This document shows, one piece after another, positions 48,866 to 63,848 of a stretch of DNA of 63,848 bases (its first letter is position 1; every line of letters begins with the position of its first letter). The stretch lies in the NCBI GenBank assembly GCA_032718475.1, contig JAUCBJ010000532.1, positions 1 through 63,848 on the forward strand, in the 5' to 3' direction. The notes beneath the pieces were generated by a model. It was not told the DNA's origin, searched no databases, and worked only from the letters and a program-made list of their open reading frames with translations. The position numbers and the translations under genes are program-made. Source of the DNA: Nemertoderma westbladi (taxonomy: Eukaryota; Animalia; Xenacoelomorpha).

Positions 48866-49921
48866 GAGTATTTCAGCTTCGATTTAATTGCCCATTCGCG
48901 ATTGTATAGTTTTCATTATATTTTATTTATTAATTATTATTATTATATATGTATATATTGCGGAAACTCCCCTGCCCCTACCGTATCTCTGCTAGACCAA
49001 CATTTTATTACGCATCTGGTCAATAATATATTTGTGGAGTTGTATATATTGTATTCCGTTAAGTGTATGCGAAACCTATTAGAAAAACAATAATTATCTC
49101 AATTACTTACCAAATTTCGATCAATGTTTAACTTTGTAAAGTGGGCTTTATCATTTCCAAATTAAAATCTAAACAACTATTAATACAAATTGTTCAACAG
49201 ACACCAAATTGTGTTAGACTGCAAGTTGTTCATTTAACATAAGGTAAAATACAAAGATTATAGTTTCCTCGATGTCACACGTGCGCAGTCTCAGTGATAT
49301 TACCTCATAAGATAAACCGGCAGAGATTGTTTTAGCCTAAAGCGTTCCATATATGGGTGACATTATATCGCACCTCCAACCTTGAACTGGCAGGCTTTCC
49401 TGCAAACACTTTAACTGCTTCTGCCAACTTCAATGAATTAGAAATATTTTTAATAACCATAAATTATCCCCCACTCACTTCTAACTCAGACGGCACATAT
49501 GTTAGTGCTTTTGGAGCGATTGGTAGTTTTGTACTATAATTTAATGGTTATGAAGGTCGACTCATGATAATGTGGGGAGAATGAAAGAATTACTGCAAGT
49601 AAGCATGAGATGAAATGAAACTGCAACCTGTCTTATTGCTTCAGTTTATTGTTTTGGTTAGAATAGCGTGCCTATGTAACCTTACTTGATATGACAATAT
49701 GACAATGATAACTCGCCGAGAAGAGATTTAGTTAATTTTCAGCAGTAAATTTACCACCAATATTATAGAGATGGAATAATTTATCATTATTTTTGGATCA
49801 GAGTCCCTCAATCCCAAAATAAATTAATTACATAGAGCAATATGTGAACTCATTATATTAATAATACAATTGAAAATGAAAACTGTAGCAGTTCAATCAG
49901 TATAATTTAATTAAATAAAAT

Positions 49922-50041
49922 GATATTTAGCATGATAGAGGATAACAGAGTAAGTATGCTAATATTTAGCATGACAGGATAACAGAGTAAGTATGCTAAT
50001 ATTTAGCATGACAGGATAACAGAGTAAGTATGCTAATATTT
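49922..50041. repeat. 37-bp tandem repeat, about three copies
   Basis: TGCTAATATTTAGCATGACAGGATAACAGAGTAAGTA. Confidence 0.85.
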
Positions 50042-50848
50042 CAAGAAATACGTTACGATTTACATAACGGTAATATTACGTATATACTTGCATACATTTG
50101 TGCCCTATAGCAGTATGAACCAATCAGTTACCGGTCCGGTAAGATTTCAAGGTTTAAATAAAAGCAAAACTAAAAACGAAATAATGAAAACGATTAAAAA
50201 TATAATGTTAAAAAAATATATAAGTTACAATTTTATATTAACCCCATTCCTGTATTCTATAGTTGGAAACTTTACAAAGTTCCCTGCTATCTTAGGAAGT
50301 CAAAAACAAATTATATAACCCATATAATAATGTAGACCCTTCTCTATGCAACAGGAATGGAATTTTCAAAGTAATTAATAAATATTTAACTCAAAAAACA
50401 AAAGTTATTATTGTTGATTACGAATTTGACTGACTGCACAGTAAAAATAACGGACATCCAATCATAAATAACAAATATTATCAAAATTTATTGTCTAAAA
50501 ATTTTTAAGAGATAGTCGAATTATTCCAGAAATTTTCTAGTAATTTTCACATTATGTTCAAATGCAGATTATAAACAAACTAAGACTAAGTCATTTACTT
50601 TATTTATAAAATGAAAAAAGTTAATTTTAAGTTTAATGCAAAATTTAAAATACCGCAAATCAATATTATAGATTTTTTCATAAACATATTTATTTTATTT
50701 ACTTATTTTCTTGTGTTCTTCGTAACAACTGTCACAAACTAATGGCCTAAAATATAGCGTACAGTAAAAATATAAGATCAGTTAATTAAATGTATCACAG
50801 AGGGGCAGAAACCTGTACGGATTAGTATGGTATGGAGGGAGGAAGGGG

Positions 50849-52767
50849 CAGAGGCAAAGATTGCATAGTTGGTACATATGGTATGGTGGTACAGAGGCAA
50901 AGATTGGATAGTTGGTACATACGGTATGGTGGTACGGAGGCAAAGTTCGCTTAGTTGGTACATATGGTATGGTGGTACAGAGGCAAAGATTGCATGGTTG
51001 GTACATACGGTATGGTGGTACAGAGGTAAAGATTGCATAGTTGGTACATACGGTATGGTGGTACAGAGGCAAAGTTTGCTTAGTTGGTACATATGGTATG
51101 GTGGTACAGAGGCAAATATTGCATGGTTGGTACATACGGTATGGTGGTACAGAGGCAAAGATGGCATAGTTGGTACATATGGTATGGTGGTACAGAGGCA
51201 AAGATTGCATGGTTGGTACATACGGTATGGTGGTACAGAGGCAAAGATGGCATAGTTGGTACATATGGTATGGTGGTACAGAGGCAAAGATTGCATGGTT
51301 GGTACATACGGTGTGGTGGTACAGAGCTAAAGATTGCATAGTTGGTACATACGGTATGGTGGTACAGAGGCAAAGTTTAATTAGTTGGTACATATGGTAT
51401 GGTGGTACAGAGGCAAAGTTTGCTTAGTTGGTACATATGGTATGGTGGTACAGAGGCAAAGATTGCATGGTTGGTACATACGGTATGGTGGTACAGAGGT
51501 AAAGATTGCATAGTTGGTACATACGGTATGGTGGTACAGAGGCAAAATTGCTTAGTTGGTACATATGGTATGGTGGTACAGAGGCAAAGATTGCATAGTT
51601 GGTACATATGGTATGGTGGTACAGAGGCAAAGATTGCATGGTTGGTACATACGGTATGGTGGTACAGAGGCAAAGATTGCATAATTGGTACATACGGTAT
51701 GGTGGTACAGAGGCAAATATTGCATGGTTGGTACACTCGGTATGGTGGTACAGAGGCAAAGATTGCATAGTTGGTACATACGGTATGGTGGTACAGAGGC
51801 AAAGATTGCATAGTTGGTACATATGGTATGGTGGTCCAGAGGCAAAGATTGCATAGTTGGTACATACGGTATGGTGGTACAGAGGTAAAGATTGCATAGT
51901 TGGTACATACGGTATGGTGGTACAGAGGCAAAGTTTGCTTAGTTGGTACATATGGTATGGTGGTACAGAAGCAAATATTGCATGGTTGGTACATACGGTA
52001 TGGTGGTACAGAGGCAAAGATTGCATAGTTGGTACATATGGTATGGTGGTACAGAGGCAAAGATTGCATGGTTGGTACATACGGTATGGTGGTACAGAGC
52101 TAAAGATTGCATAGTTGGTACATACGGTATGGTGGTACAGAGGCAAAGTTTGATTAGTTGGTACATATGGTATGGTGGTACAGAGGCAAAGTTTGCTTAG
52201 TTGGTACATATGGTATGGTGGTACAGAGGCAAAGATTGCATGGTTGGTACATACGGTATGGTGGTACAGAGGTAAAGATTGCATAGTTGGTACATACGGT
52301 ATGGTGGTACAGAGGCAAAATTGCTTAGTTGGTACATATGGTATGGTGGTACAGAGGCAAAGATTGCATAGTTGGTACATATGGTATGGTGGTACAGAGG
52401 CAAAGATTGCATGGTTGGTACATACGGTATGGTGGTACAGAGGCAAAGATTGCATAGTTGGTACATACGGTATGGTGGTACAGAGGCAAATATTGCATGG
52501 TTGGTACACTCGGTATGGTGGTACAGAGGCAAAGATTGCATAGTTGATACATACGGTATGGTGGTACAGAGGTAAAGATTGCATAGTTGGTACATACGGT
52601 ATGGTGGTACAGAGGCAAAGATTGCATAGTTGGTACATACGGTATGGTGGTACAGAGGCAAAGATTGCATAGTTGGTACATATGGTATGGTGGTCCAGAG
52701 GCAAAGATTGCATAGTTGGTACATACGGTATGGTGGTACAGAGGCAAAGATTGCATAGTTGGTACAT
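50849..52767. repeat. 43-bp satellite with higher-order structure
   Basis: CAGAGGCAAAGATTGCATAGTTGGTACATAYGGTATGGTGGTA, about 44 copies. Confidence 0.97.
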
Positions 52768-53255
52768 TAGTTGTACCATAGTTTGGTACAATTTTTTTTG
52801 ATTGTAGAAAAATTAATGAGGCCCGAAATTTATATTTTATTAATTTTTTAATTTACTTACTTAACTTTATAATTTAACTGATCTGATATTTTATTAACGT
52901 CAACAATGTAAGGAAATAAATAATAATAACATTAATAAATTATTATGAATTTATGAGGTAGCTATATGTTCTTAGTTAAATAAATAATTATACGCCTTGT
53001 AATTAATTATACAGATTAAATCGTAGCAGACTCAATCATTAATTACTATTAATTATTATAGTAAACCTAAGCATCCGACATTAATAAATTAATTAATACC
53101 TGTTTTATAGAAATTAAAGTCGCGAAATAAAACGACTCTGTTCATTATTGGTACTTATTACGTCACTGATAGTCGATGGGGGTTTAGGCACAATGCCCTG
53201 GTAGCTATGGTAACTATACCACGCCTTTACACCAGAAATAAATAATTTGTCGGTC

Positions 53256-53653
53256 TAGAGGGAACCTGATGAATTTTAAAAATTTAGGGAGTTATATCAA
53301 AACAAAAAGAATGCCAAATTTTTAAAACGAATTCTGTAGTTTAACAAGCGCGAAATCGCGCCAAGGTCCGCGTCTACCACCGCATGAACTGTCTCCTTGA
53401 ACGGCTTACTACCAATCTTACAACAACAAAAAACATTCAACCGGAATGAGGGGAATTGAACTTAGATTGTACATAGAGCTTCCAAGTCCCACGCTCTGCC
53501 AACTGAGCCCCCTTAATACCAAAACCTAATGAGAAATTAACAACAACACCAACAACGCGACAATACCACACTCTACCTGTTACATAATCTACTTTATGTA
53601 AGTTCATATATTTATAAATTATTTTGAGACAAAATTCATCAGGTTTTCCCCTA
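53256..53653. mobile_element. Small TIR element (MITE-like)
   Basis: AACCTGATGAATTTT at 53263-53277 versus AAAATTCATCAGGTT at 53631-53645; internal degenerate tRNA-like segment at about 53450-53512 (-). Confidence 0.5.
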
Positions 53654-54861
53654 AATATAATTATTAATTAATAAAATTAACATGCGTACTAGAATAAATA
53701 TTTAGGTTGTTAGTAATTAGCAGCATATTGAATGACTGCCATCAATAATATAACAATAATACGGCCACTGGTCCCTTGGCATACACTTACCGATCACGTA
53801 TAAGATCCGTGTATAATAATTATTTATTAACTAATTAAAACGAACAATTAAATGTTTGTTTTGTTAAATTAAATAAGAAATATAAATAACTAACATAAGA
53901 GATACGACTAATTGTTCTTGTTATAATACTTTGTTAATTAATGAATAACTTGTTATTATTTGAATAATTACTGTTAGAGACTTTTAGTTCTGTTTAATAA
54001 ATATGTAAAATATATACAAAAGTGACTGTAAATAATGGGTGAAAAAATAATATATATAAATTGGTTTTCTGAGATACAATAATTGTATATAAATCTGCTA
54101 CAACCCATAAAGTCGCACAAAACAATTCGGAGTGAACCGTTTTTATAAATAATGAAATGAAAAAGTTAAATAAATTTATTTCTTAATAAAACTGTCAACT
54201 AAGAATATTATTTTATGTCTTTCATTTACAAAGATCATAAATAATTTAATAATCGATAGTGTAGTAAATAGATATGTAAAAGCATCTCCAATATCTCGGT
54301 TATCACTCATTAATTTGTTTGTTTTGGTTATCGTTTCGTTAACAATCTTCTCCAATTTTTCACTCCTTGCGATAAATCCATTATACATTAAATAAAAATT
54401 AACAAAGTAAAAATTTAATATTTTTCGCTTGGAACCCCAAAAATGCAATATATTTATTATTTTATTCAGCCTAGTAACATATTCACATATTCGACTTGGT
54501 AAAGTTTAAGTTTTTAATGTAAAATTTAATATTCTAATAATATAAATAACGTATCATCGTCGTATCACATAATTATGTATTTTGCATGCATTCAGTGTAA
54601 AATCAATAACGTGTGTGCAGTGCAGTGCAAGACAAATATATTTATTATTTTTATTTTTTTATTTTATAAATTTTTTTAAATTCTCAATCGAACCAAAAAA
54701 TTAGATTCAGTACTTAAAAAAATGATAAATTTTCCATAAAGTCCAGTTGCACGCTGTTTGGGTAAATGAAACTTCACATTGAACTCCAAACTGTACAATC
54801 AAACTTTATTTGAACGCTAAAACCAAGATGGCCTCCCTCTAGCGGTACGCCTCTGTATCGC

Positions 54862-55065
<204 letters not shown>

Positions 55066-55148
55066 TTAAGAGAAATAAACACCGACGAAAAACCTCCAGT
55101 TTTATTCCCAATGTAACACAACTTTACCGGATATTTAGAAATCCCTCA

Positions 55149-55505
<357 letters not shown>

Positions 55506-55824
55506 TCATATTGTGTGGTTTGGCTCCCGGGGATAAACTAATAGCCCTACTAAATAAAATGGCCAACAAATCACCGGCCTCTCCTTATTCTCATCTAATC
55601 ACCTCCAATTCCTGCCATCTTACTACCAACCAATCACCACCCTTCCCTACTACCAACCAATCACCACCCTTCCCTTACTACCAACCAATCACCACCCTTC
55701 CCTACTACCAACCAATCATCACCCTTCCCTTACTGCCAACCAATCACCACCCTTCCCTTACTGCCAACCAATCACCACCCTTCCCTACTGCCAACCAATC
55801 ACCACCCTTCCCTACTGCCAACCA

Positions 55825-57226
55825 CACTGAAAAAAGTAAGTGCCGGTCGATTTTTTAACCATTGGTTATGGATAGGTACTTGCGGTAGTGATTGATAAAC
55901 CGGGGGTTAGTATGGATCGTACAAAAATGGCTGGTACTAACCTCCGGTTACGATATTAAACCGGCGGTTTAAGATATATTGGTTATATTACCTGAAGCGA
56001 AACCTGTAGTCATTGCGGAATTTTGCATAGAAAGTGACGGTTGTATTAAAAAGGTGGTTGTTAATAAATTTTCAAACTGGCGGTTCTTATTGATGAAAAC
56101 ATATAATTTTCAAACCGGCGGTTTTTATGAAATGTAAAAATGGCGGTTTTATTTTCAAACTGTCGGATCTTGTTAATTAAACGCTTATAGTTTTCAAACC
56201 GGCGGTTTTTATGAAATGTAAAAATGGTGGTCTTATATTCAAACTGTCGGTTCTTGTTAATAAACACGTACGTAGTTTTCAAACCGGCGGTTTTTATGAA
56301 ATGTAAAAATGGTGGTCTTATATTCAAACTGTCGGTTCTTGTTAATAAACACGTACGTAGTTTTCAAACCGGCGGTTTGTATGAAATGTAGAAATGGCGG
56401 TTGTATTTTCACAATTGCCGGTTTTTACTATACATACAAAGAACCCCAAGTTGTGTAATTCAACTATGGTAATGCCGTTATTTCTGTATTACAGAGGCGT
56501 GATATGATATAACTAATTTACAATAATGACTGCCAGTTTATCACAGAACCACAGATTTACAATAATGACTGCCAGTTTATCACAGAACCACAGATTTACA
56601 ATAATGACTGCCAGTTTATCAAAGAACCACAGATTTACAATAATGACTGCCAGTTTATCACAGAACCACAGATATAGAACCGCAGATTTGCAATAATAAC
56701 TGCCAGTTTATCACAGAACCGCAGATTTACAATAATGACTGCCAGTTTATCAAAGAACCACAGATTTACAATAATGACTGCCAGTTTATCACAGAACCAC
56801 AGATATAGAACCGCAGATTTACAATAATAACTGCCAGTTTATCACAGAACCACACACAGATTTACAAACTAATAACTGCCAGTTTGTATATGTAAATATC
56901 AAAAATAAATATATATAATCAAAACATAATTTTAAATTATTAATTAAACTTGGTTAAAATTAATTAATTTATATAAATTAATTGAAATGAATTATCTAAT
57001 ATGGCTGAAAAGAAGACAAATGATATTAAAATTAATAATCAAAACACTATTTGTTGTTCATCAACTAAAATTAATTAGGATTACCATAAATCTAAATGAA
57101 TGAAATATTTTCATATATACTTAGCCGTGTGTATCCAATGTGTATGTGGGGCGAGCCACGAAGTTGGCGGAGCCTTAGCGAATTGACACTGTTAGGGGGT
57201 GGGTCAATTTATGCAAATAGTTGTCG

Positions 57227-57258
<32 letters not shown>

Positions 57259-57297
57259 GTCGTCGTCGTTGTCGTCGTCGTTGTCGTTGTCGTTGTC

Positions 57298-57329
<32 letters not shown>

Positions 57330-59043
57330 CGTCGTTGTCGTTGTCGTTGTCGTCGTCGTTGTCGTTGTCGTTGTCGTCGTCGTCGTTGTCGTCGTCGTTA
57401 CGATTTTGACATGCTAATAACTTTGTCGGATTTAAAGCTGCCAAGTTGAAAATTTGTAGGTATCAATATGAGCAAAAGTTGAGATTTTTGAGAGACTTTC
57501 AGACACCATCAGTGCAATGGTCTCCCGCTAGAGGGCCACATGTCTAAACATTAAATGCCCTCCCATTTCTTTGCTTTTAATCCGTTTAAGCTGAAACTTG
57601 GCAGATATGTATTAGACCATTAGCTGTGACTTTCAAAGGAGGCGAATCCATCTGCAGTTCTCCAGTCTGCCGCTAGAGGGCCAAATGTCTGAAAGTGAAA
57701 TCGTTGTCGTCGTTATGATATTGACATGCTTATAACTTTGTCGAATTTAAAGCTGCCAAGTTGAAAATTTGTTTTGTTGAAAATCAGTTCAACAGTCACC
57801 CGCTATAGGACTACTTTATGCCTGAAAGTGAATAGATTCTCCCGTCTCATTGATTTTAATCAGTTTAAGCTGAATCTTGCCATATATTCTGGACCACATG
57901 CTGCGTCTTTGTGGGGGGGGGGGGGGGGGGGGGGAGATTTAATCGGTCTGCCGCTATACGACGAAATATCTGAAAGTGAGATCCGTCTCTCATTTCGTTA
58001 TCCGTTATTCAAGATGAAACTTGGCCGATGTACGTATGTACTATTCATCCATAGGCTGTGTCTTTGTGGGGCTGGAGACCCTAATCCATCTTCAGTTCTC
58101 ACTATACCGCTAGAGTCAGAAATGTCTGAATAGAAATGAAAGAGGTAAAAAGTGATTAGGCGAAATCTGCTTAAAATTTGCTAATACAGTAATACTTTCG
58201 AATTAGTACTTAAATTAAATTTAAGTCACGTGCTGCGCGAAGGCCCCACTTCGTGTAGAGTATTGTATGCATTGGCCATTGATAGGTCGTAAGCGTAGGG
58301 TAGGATGTAGGGATTAGATATGGTAGGCTTTCACCCCCCCCCCCCCCCCCCCCCCCCCTCTCCCAATATCTCCATGTTGTAACATTGAGCTTCATGTGTG
58401 CCCTGAATGTCCTGTGCTCCTAACCAAACTTTATTTTTTTGATAACCACAGGTTTATAAGATTCTTTTGCTCTTTATAACCACAGGTTAGTACGTTTTAA
58501 CCGTGGGTTTTCTTTTATAACCATAGGTTATAAATAAATTAAAGATTCAGTTTATTAAAATTACCGCCAGTTTTCTCAAATAAAACCGCCAGTTGACTGT
58601 TAATTAAACGGCGGTTTCGTAAAAACTGGTTTATTTGGTTGCCGTTTTACCTGTGGTTTTTTGAGAAAACCGGCAGTTTTAAATACTTGAAACGCCAGTT
58701 ACCAGCAGTAAACCATAGGTTAATAAATGCCGATTAAGTATTCGACCGGGAATTTGCGTTAAACCAGAACCTGAGGTTACAGAAACCGGCAGTTCCTTGC
58801 GATATAAAATACCAGAGGTTTTACAACGCATTTTTAGGTTCTAAACAACTGGGGGTTATGGAACCGCCGGTTTTACGAGAGATAATCAACCCCCGGTTTG
58901 CACAACTGCCAGTTCTTGGCAATGTTTATTTACCGCCGGTTTGTAAAAACAACCTGCGGTGGTTTTCGTTGCAAAACAACCACAGGTAGTTCTTTCAAAC
59001 CGGCAGTTTTTTAACAAAATACCACCACTTACTTTTTTCAGTG
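55825..59043. mobile_element. Non-autonomous CMC/EnSpm-like DNA transposon (3219 bp)
   Basis: Perfect 18-bp TIR CACTGAAAAAAGTAAGTG, CA 2-bp TSD (55823-55824, 59044-59045), many subterminal AACCGGCGGTT-like motifs, internal tandem repeats at 56070-56410 and 56513-56885, no transposase. Confidence 0.9.
57121..58210. mobile_element. Probable nested non-autonomous element (Helentron/HINE-like) with a (GTC/GTT)n microsatellite
   Basis: Compositionally distinct block with a GC hairpin-like start (GCCACGAAGTTGGC), microsatellite at 57220-57400, and an internal duplication (57385-57457 versus 57702-57772). Boundaries approximate. Confidence 0.4.
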
Positions 59044-62000
59044 CAATCACCACCCTTCCCTTACTGCCAACCAATCACTACCCTTCCCTTACTGCCAACC
59101 AATCACCACCCTTCCCTACTGCCAACCAATCACCACCCTTCCCTACTGCCAACCAAACACCACCCTTCCCTTCACCCTTACTGGACTACCAACCAATCAC
59201 CACCCTTCCCTTACTACCAACCAATCACCACCCTTCCCTACTACCAACCAATCACCACCCTTCCCTACTGCCAACCAATCACCACCCTTCCCTACAGCCA
59301 ACCAATCACCACCCTTCCCTTACTACCAACCAATCACCACCCTTCCCTACTGCCAACCAATCACCACCCTTCCCTACTGCCAACCAATCACCACCCTTCC
59401 CTACTGCCAACCAATCACCACCCTTCCCTTCACCCTTACTGGACTACCAACCAATCACCACCCTTCCCTTACTACCAACCAATCACCACCCTTCCCTACT
59501 ACCAACCAATCACCACCCTTCCCTACTGCCAACCAATCACCACCCTTCCCTACTACCAACCAATCACCACCCTTCCCTGCTGCCAACCAATCACCACCCT
59601 TCCCTTACCTGCCAACCAATCACCACCCTTCCCTACTGCCAACCAATCACCACCCTTCCCTACTGCCAACCAATCACCACCCTTCCCTTCACCCTTACTG
59701 GACTACCAACCAATCACCACCCTTCCCTTACTACCAACCAATCACCACCCTTCCCTACTACCAACCAATCACCACCCTTCCCTACTGCCAACCAATCATT
59801 ACCCTTCCCTACTACCAACCAATCACCACCCTTCCCTACTACCAACCAATCACCACCCTTCCCTACTGCCAACTAATCACCACCCTTCCCTACTACCAAC
59901 CAATCACCACCCTTCCCTACTGCCAACCAATCACCACCCTTCCCTTACCTGCCAACCAATCACCACCCTTCCCTACTGCCAACCAATCACCATCCTTCCC
60001 TTACTGCCAACCAATCACCACCCTTCCCTTACTGCCAACCAATCACCACCCTTCCCTACTGCCAACCAATCACCACCCTTCCTTACTGCCAACCAATCAC
60101 AACCCTTCCGTTACTACCAACCAATCACCACCCTTCCCTACTACCAACCAATCACCACCCTTCCCTTTACCCTTACTGGACAACAAACCAATCACCACCC
60201 TTCCCTACTGCCAACCAATCACCACCCTTCCCTTACTACCAACCAATCACCACCCTTCCCTACTGCCAACCAATCACCACCCTTCCCTACTACCAACCAA
60301 TCACCACCCTTCCCTACTGCCAACCAATCACCACCCTTCCTTACTGCCAACCGATCACCATCCTTCCCTTACTGCCAACCAATCACCACCCTTCCTTACT
60401 GCCAACCAATCACCACCCTTCCCTACTGCCAACCAATCACCATCCTTCCCTTACTGCCAACCAATCACCACCCTTCCTTACTGCCAACCGATCACCACCC
60501 TTCCCTACTGCCAACCAATCACCACCCTTCCCTACTGCCAACCAATCACCACCCTTCCTTACTGCCAACCAATCACCACCCTTCCCTTACTACCAACCAA
60601 TCACCACCCTCTCCCTTACTGACCAACCAATCACCACCCTTCCCTTACTGGACAACAAACCAATCACCACCCTTCCCTACTGCCAACCAATCACCACCCT
60701 TCCCTTCACCCTTACTGGACAACCAACCAATCACCACCCTTCCCTTCACCCTTACTGGAAACCAACCAATCACCACCCTTCCTTACTGCCAACCAATCAC
60801 AACCCTTCCCTTACTACCAACCAATCACCATCCTTCCCTTACTGCCAACCAATCACCACCCTTCCCTACTGCCAACCAATCACCACCCTTCCCTTCACCC
60901 TTACTGGACAACCAACCAATCACCACCCTTCCCTACTACCAACCAATCACCACCCTTCCCTTACTACCAACCAATCACCACCCTTCCCTTACTACCAACC
61001 AATCACCACCCTTCCCTTAGTACCAACCAATCACCACCCTTCCCTTACTACCAACCAATCACCACCCTTCCCTTACTGCCAACCAATCACCACCCTTCCC
61101 TTACTACCAACCAATCACCACCCTTCCCTTACTGCCAACCAATCACCACCCTTCCCTTACTGCCAACCAATCACCACCCTTCCCTACTACCAACCAATCA
61201 CCACCCTCCCTTCCCCTTACTGGACCAACCAATCACCACCCTTCCCTACTGCCAACCAATCACCACCCTTCCCTTACTAGCCAACCAATCACCACCCTTC
61301 CCTTACTAGCCAACCAATCACCACCCTTCCCTACTGCCAACCAATCACCACCCTTCCCTTACTAGCCAACCAATCACCACCCTTCCCTTACTAGCCAACC
61401 AATCACCACCCTTCCCTACTGCCAACCAATCACCACCCTTCCCTTACTACCAACCAATCACCATCCTTCCCTTACTGCCAACCAATCACCACCCTTCCCT
61501 ACTGCCAACCAATCACCACCCTTCCCTTCACTAGCCAACCAATCACCACCCTTCCCTACTACCAACCAATCACCACCCTTCCCTTACTGCCAACCAATCA
61601 CCACCCTTCCCTACTACCAACCAATCACCACCCTTCCCTTACTACCAACCAATCACCACCCTTCCCTTACTACCAACCAATCACCACCCTTCCCTTACTA
61701 CCAACCAATCACCACCCTTCCCTTAGTACCAACCAATCACCACCCTTCCCTTACTGCCAACCAATCACCACCCTTCCCTTACTGCCAACCAATCACCACC
61801 CTTCCCTACTACCAACCAATCACCACCCTTCCCTTACTACCAACCAATCACCACCCTTCCCTTACTACCAACCAATCACCACCCTTCCTTACTGCCAACC
61901 AATCACCACCCTTCCCTTACTACCAACCAATCACCATCCTTCCCTTACTGCCAACCAATCACCACCCTTCCCTACTGCCAACCAATCACCACCCTTCCCT

Positions 62001-63848
62001 TCACCCTTACTGGACAACCAACCAATCACCACCCTTCCCTACTACCAACCAATCACCACCCTTCCCTTACTACCAACCAATCACCACCCTTCCCTTACTA
62101 CCAACCAATCACCACCCTTCCCTTACTACCAACCAATCACCACCCTTCCCTTACTACCAACCAATCACCACCCTTCCCTACTGCCAACCAATCACCACCC
62201 TTCCCTTAGTACCAACCAATCACCACCCTTCCCTTACTGCCAACCAATCACCACCCTTCCCTTACTGCCAACCAATCACCACCCTTCCCTTACTACCAAC
62301 CAATCACCACCCTTCCCTTACTACCAACCAATCACCACCCTTCCCTTAGTACCAACCAATCACCACCCTTCCCTTACTGCCAACCAATCACCACCCTTCC
62401 CTTACTGCCAACCAATCACCACCCTTCCCTTACTACCAACCAATCACCACCCTTCCCTACCCAACCAATCACCACCCTTCCCTACCCAACCAATCACCAC
62501 CCTTCCCTTACTACCAACCAATCACCACCCTTCCCTTACTGCCAACCAATCACCACCCTTCCCTTACTGCCAACCAATCACCACCCTTCCCTACTACCAA
62601 CCAATCACCATCCCTTCCCTTACTGACCAACCAATCACCACCCTTCCCTTACTGACCAACCAATCACCACCCTTCCCTTACTGCCAACCAATCACCACCC
62701 TTCCCTTACTACCAACCAATCACCACCCTTCCCTTACTGCCAACCAATCACCACCCTTCCCTACTACCAACCAATCACCACCCTTCCCTTACATACCAAC
62801 CAATCACCACCCTTCCCTACTACCAACCAATCACCACCCTTCCCTTACTACCAACCAATCACCACCCTTCCCTTACTACCAACCAATCACCACCCTTCCC
62901 TTACTACCAACCAATCACCACCCTTCCCTTACTGCCAACCAATCACCACCCTTCCCTTACTGCCAACCAATCACCACCCTTCCCTACTACCAACCAATCA
63001 CCACCCTTCCCTTACTGACCAACCAATCACCACCCTTCCCTTACTACCAACCAATCACCACCCTTCCCTTACTACCAACCAATCACCATCCTTCCCTTAC
63101 TGCCAACCAATCACCACCCTTCCCTACTGCCAACCAATCACCACCCTTCCCTACTACCAACCAATCACCACCCTTCCCTTACTACCAACCAATCACCACC
63201 CTTCCCTTACTACCAACCAATCACCACCCTTCCCTACTGCCAACCAATCACCACCCTTCCCTTACTGCCAACCAATCACCACCCTTCCCTTACTACCAAC
63301 CAATCACCACCCTTCCCTTAGTACCAACCAATCACCACCCTTCCCTTACTGCCAACCAATCACCACCCTTCCCTTACTGCCAACCAATCACCACCCTTCC
63401 CTACTACCAACCAATCACCACCCTTCCCTTACTACCAACCAATCACCATCCTTCCCTTACTGCCAACCAATCACCACCCTTCCCTTACTACCAACCAATC
63501 ACCACCCTTCCCTTACTACCAACCAATCACCACCCTTCCCTTACTACCAACCAATCACCACCCTTCCCTACTGCCAACCAATCACCACCCTTCCCTTACT
63601 GCCAACCAATCACCACCCTTCCCTACTACCAACCAATCACCACCCTTCCCTTAGTACCAACCAATCACCACCCTTCCCTTACTGCCAACCAATCACCACC
63701 CTTCCCTTACTGCCAACCAATCACCACCCTTCCCTACTACCAACCAATCACCACCCTTCCCTTACTGCCAACCAATCACCACCCTTCCCTTACTGCCAAC
63801 CAATCACCACCCTTCCCTTACTACCAACCAATCACCACCCTTCCCTTA

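Larger units (their letters stand above)
55620..63848. repeat. 27-28-bp C-rich minisatellite (CCAACCAATCACCACCCTTCCCT[T]ACTR)n in the actin intron, split by a transposon
   Basis: Array at 55620-55824 resumes at 59044 and runs to the window end. Confidence 0.97.

Noticed and set aside
50778-52791. Many Cys/His-rich ORFs on both strands
   Set aside because: Artefacts of the 43-bp satellite.
57096-61020. Poly-R/D/V/S ORFs and Pro-rich 305- and 659-aa ORFs
   Set aside because: Translations of a microsatellite and the minisatellite.

Overview
AT-rich animal (invertebrate-like) genomic DNA, dense in repeats, with no prokaryotic features. From left to right: (1) A minus-strand spliced gene whose three fibrinogen-related (FReD) exons all begin and end at phase-0 splice sites, so it is probably one multi-FReD gene running off the left edge. 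(2) Its introns hold a tRNA-derived SINE, a 42-bp satellite, RTE-type LINE fragments and a very young 7.26-kb LTR element (530-bp LTRs with no differences seen, TATAT target duplication). That element encodes only a Gag-like protein, lacks a tRNA primer site but has a possible self-priming complementarity, and carries about 30 short stem-loops where pol would be. (3) A large minus-strand BEL/Pao retrotransposon (Gag-PR-RT-RH-IN) is followed by an unexplained intronless 1413-aa zinc-knuckle ORF with a structured leader. (4) MITEs plus 11-bp and 43-bp satellites with higher-order repeats. (5) The last two exons of an actin gene, whose upstream intron is a >8-kb minisatellite region interrupted by a CACT-ended (CMC/EnSpm-like) non-autonomous DNA transposon. 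All calls were made by eye; no database searches or folding programs were run.
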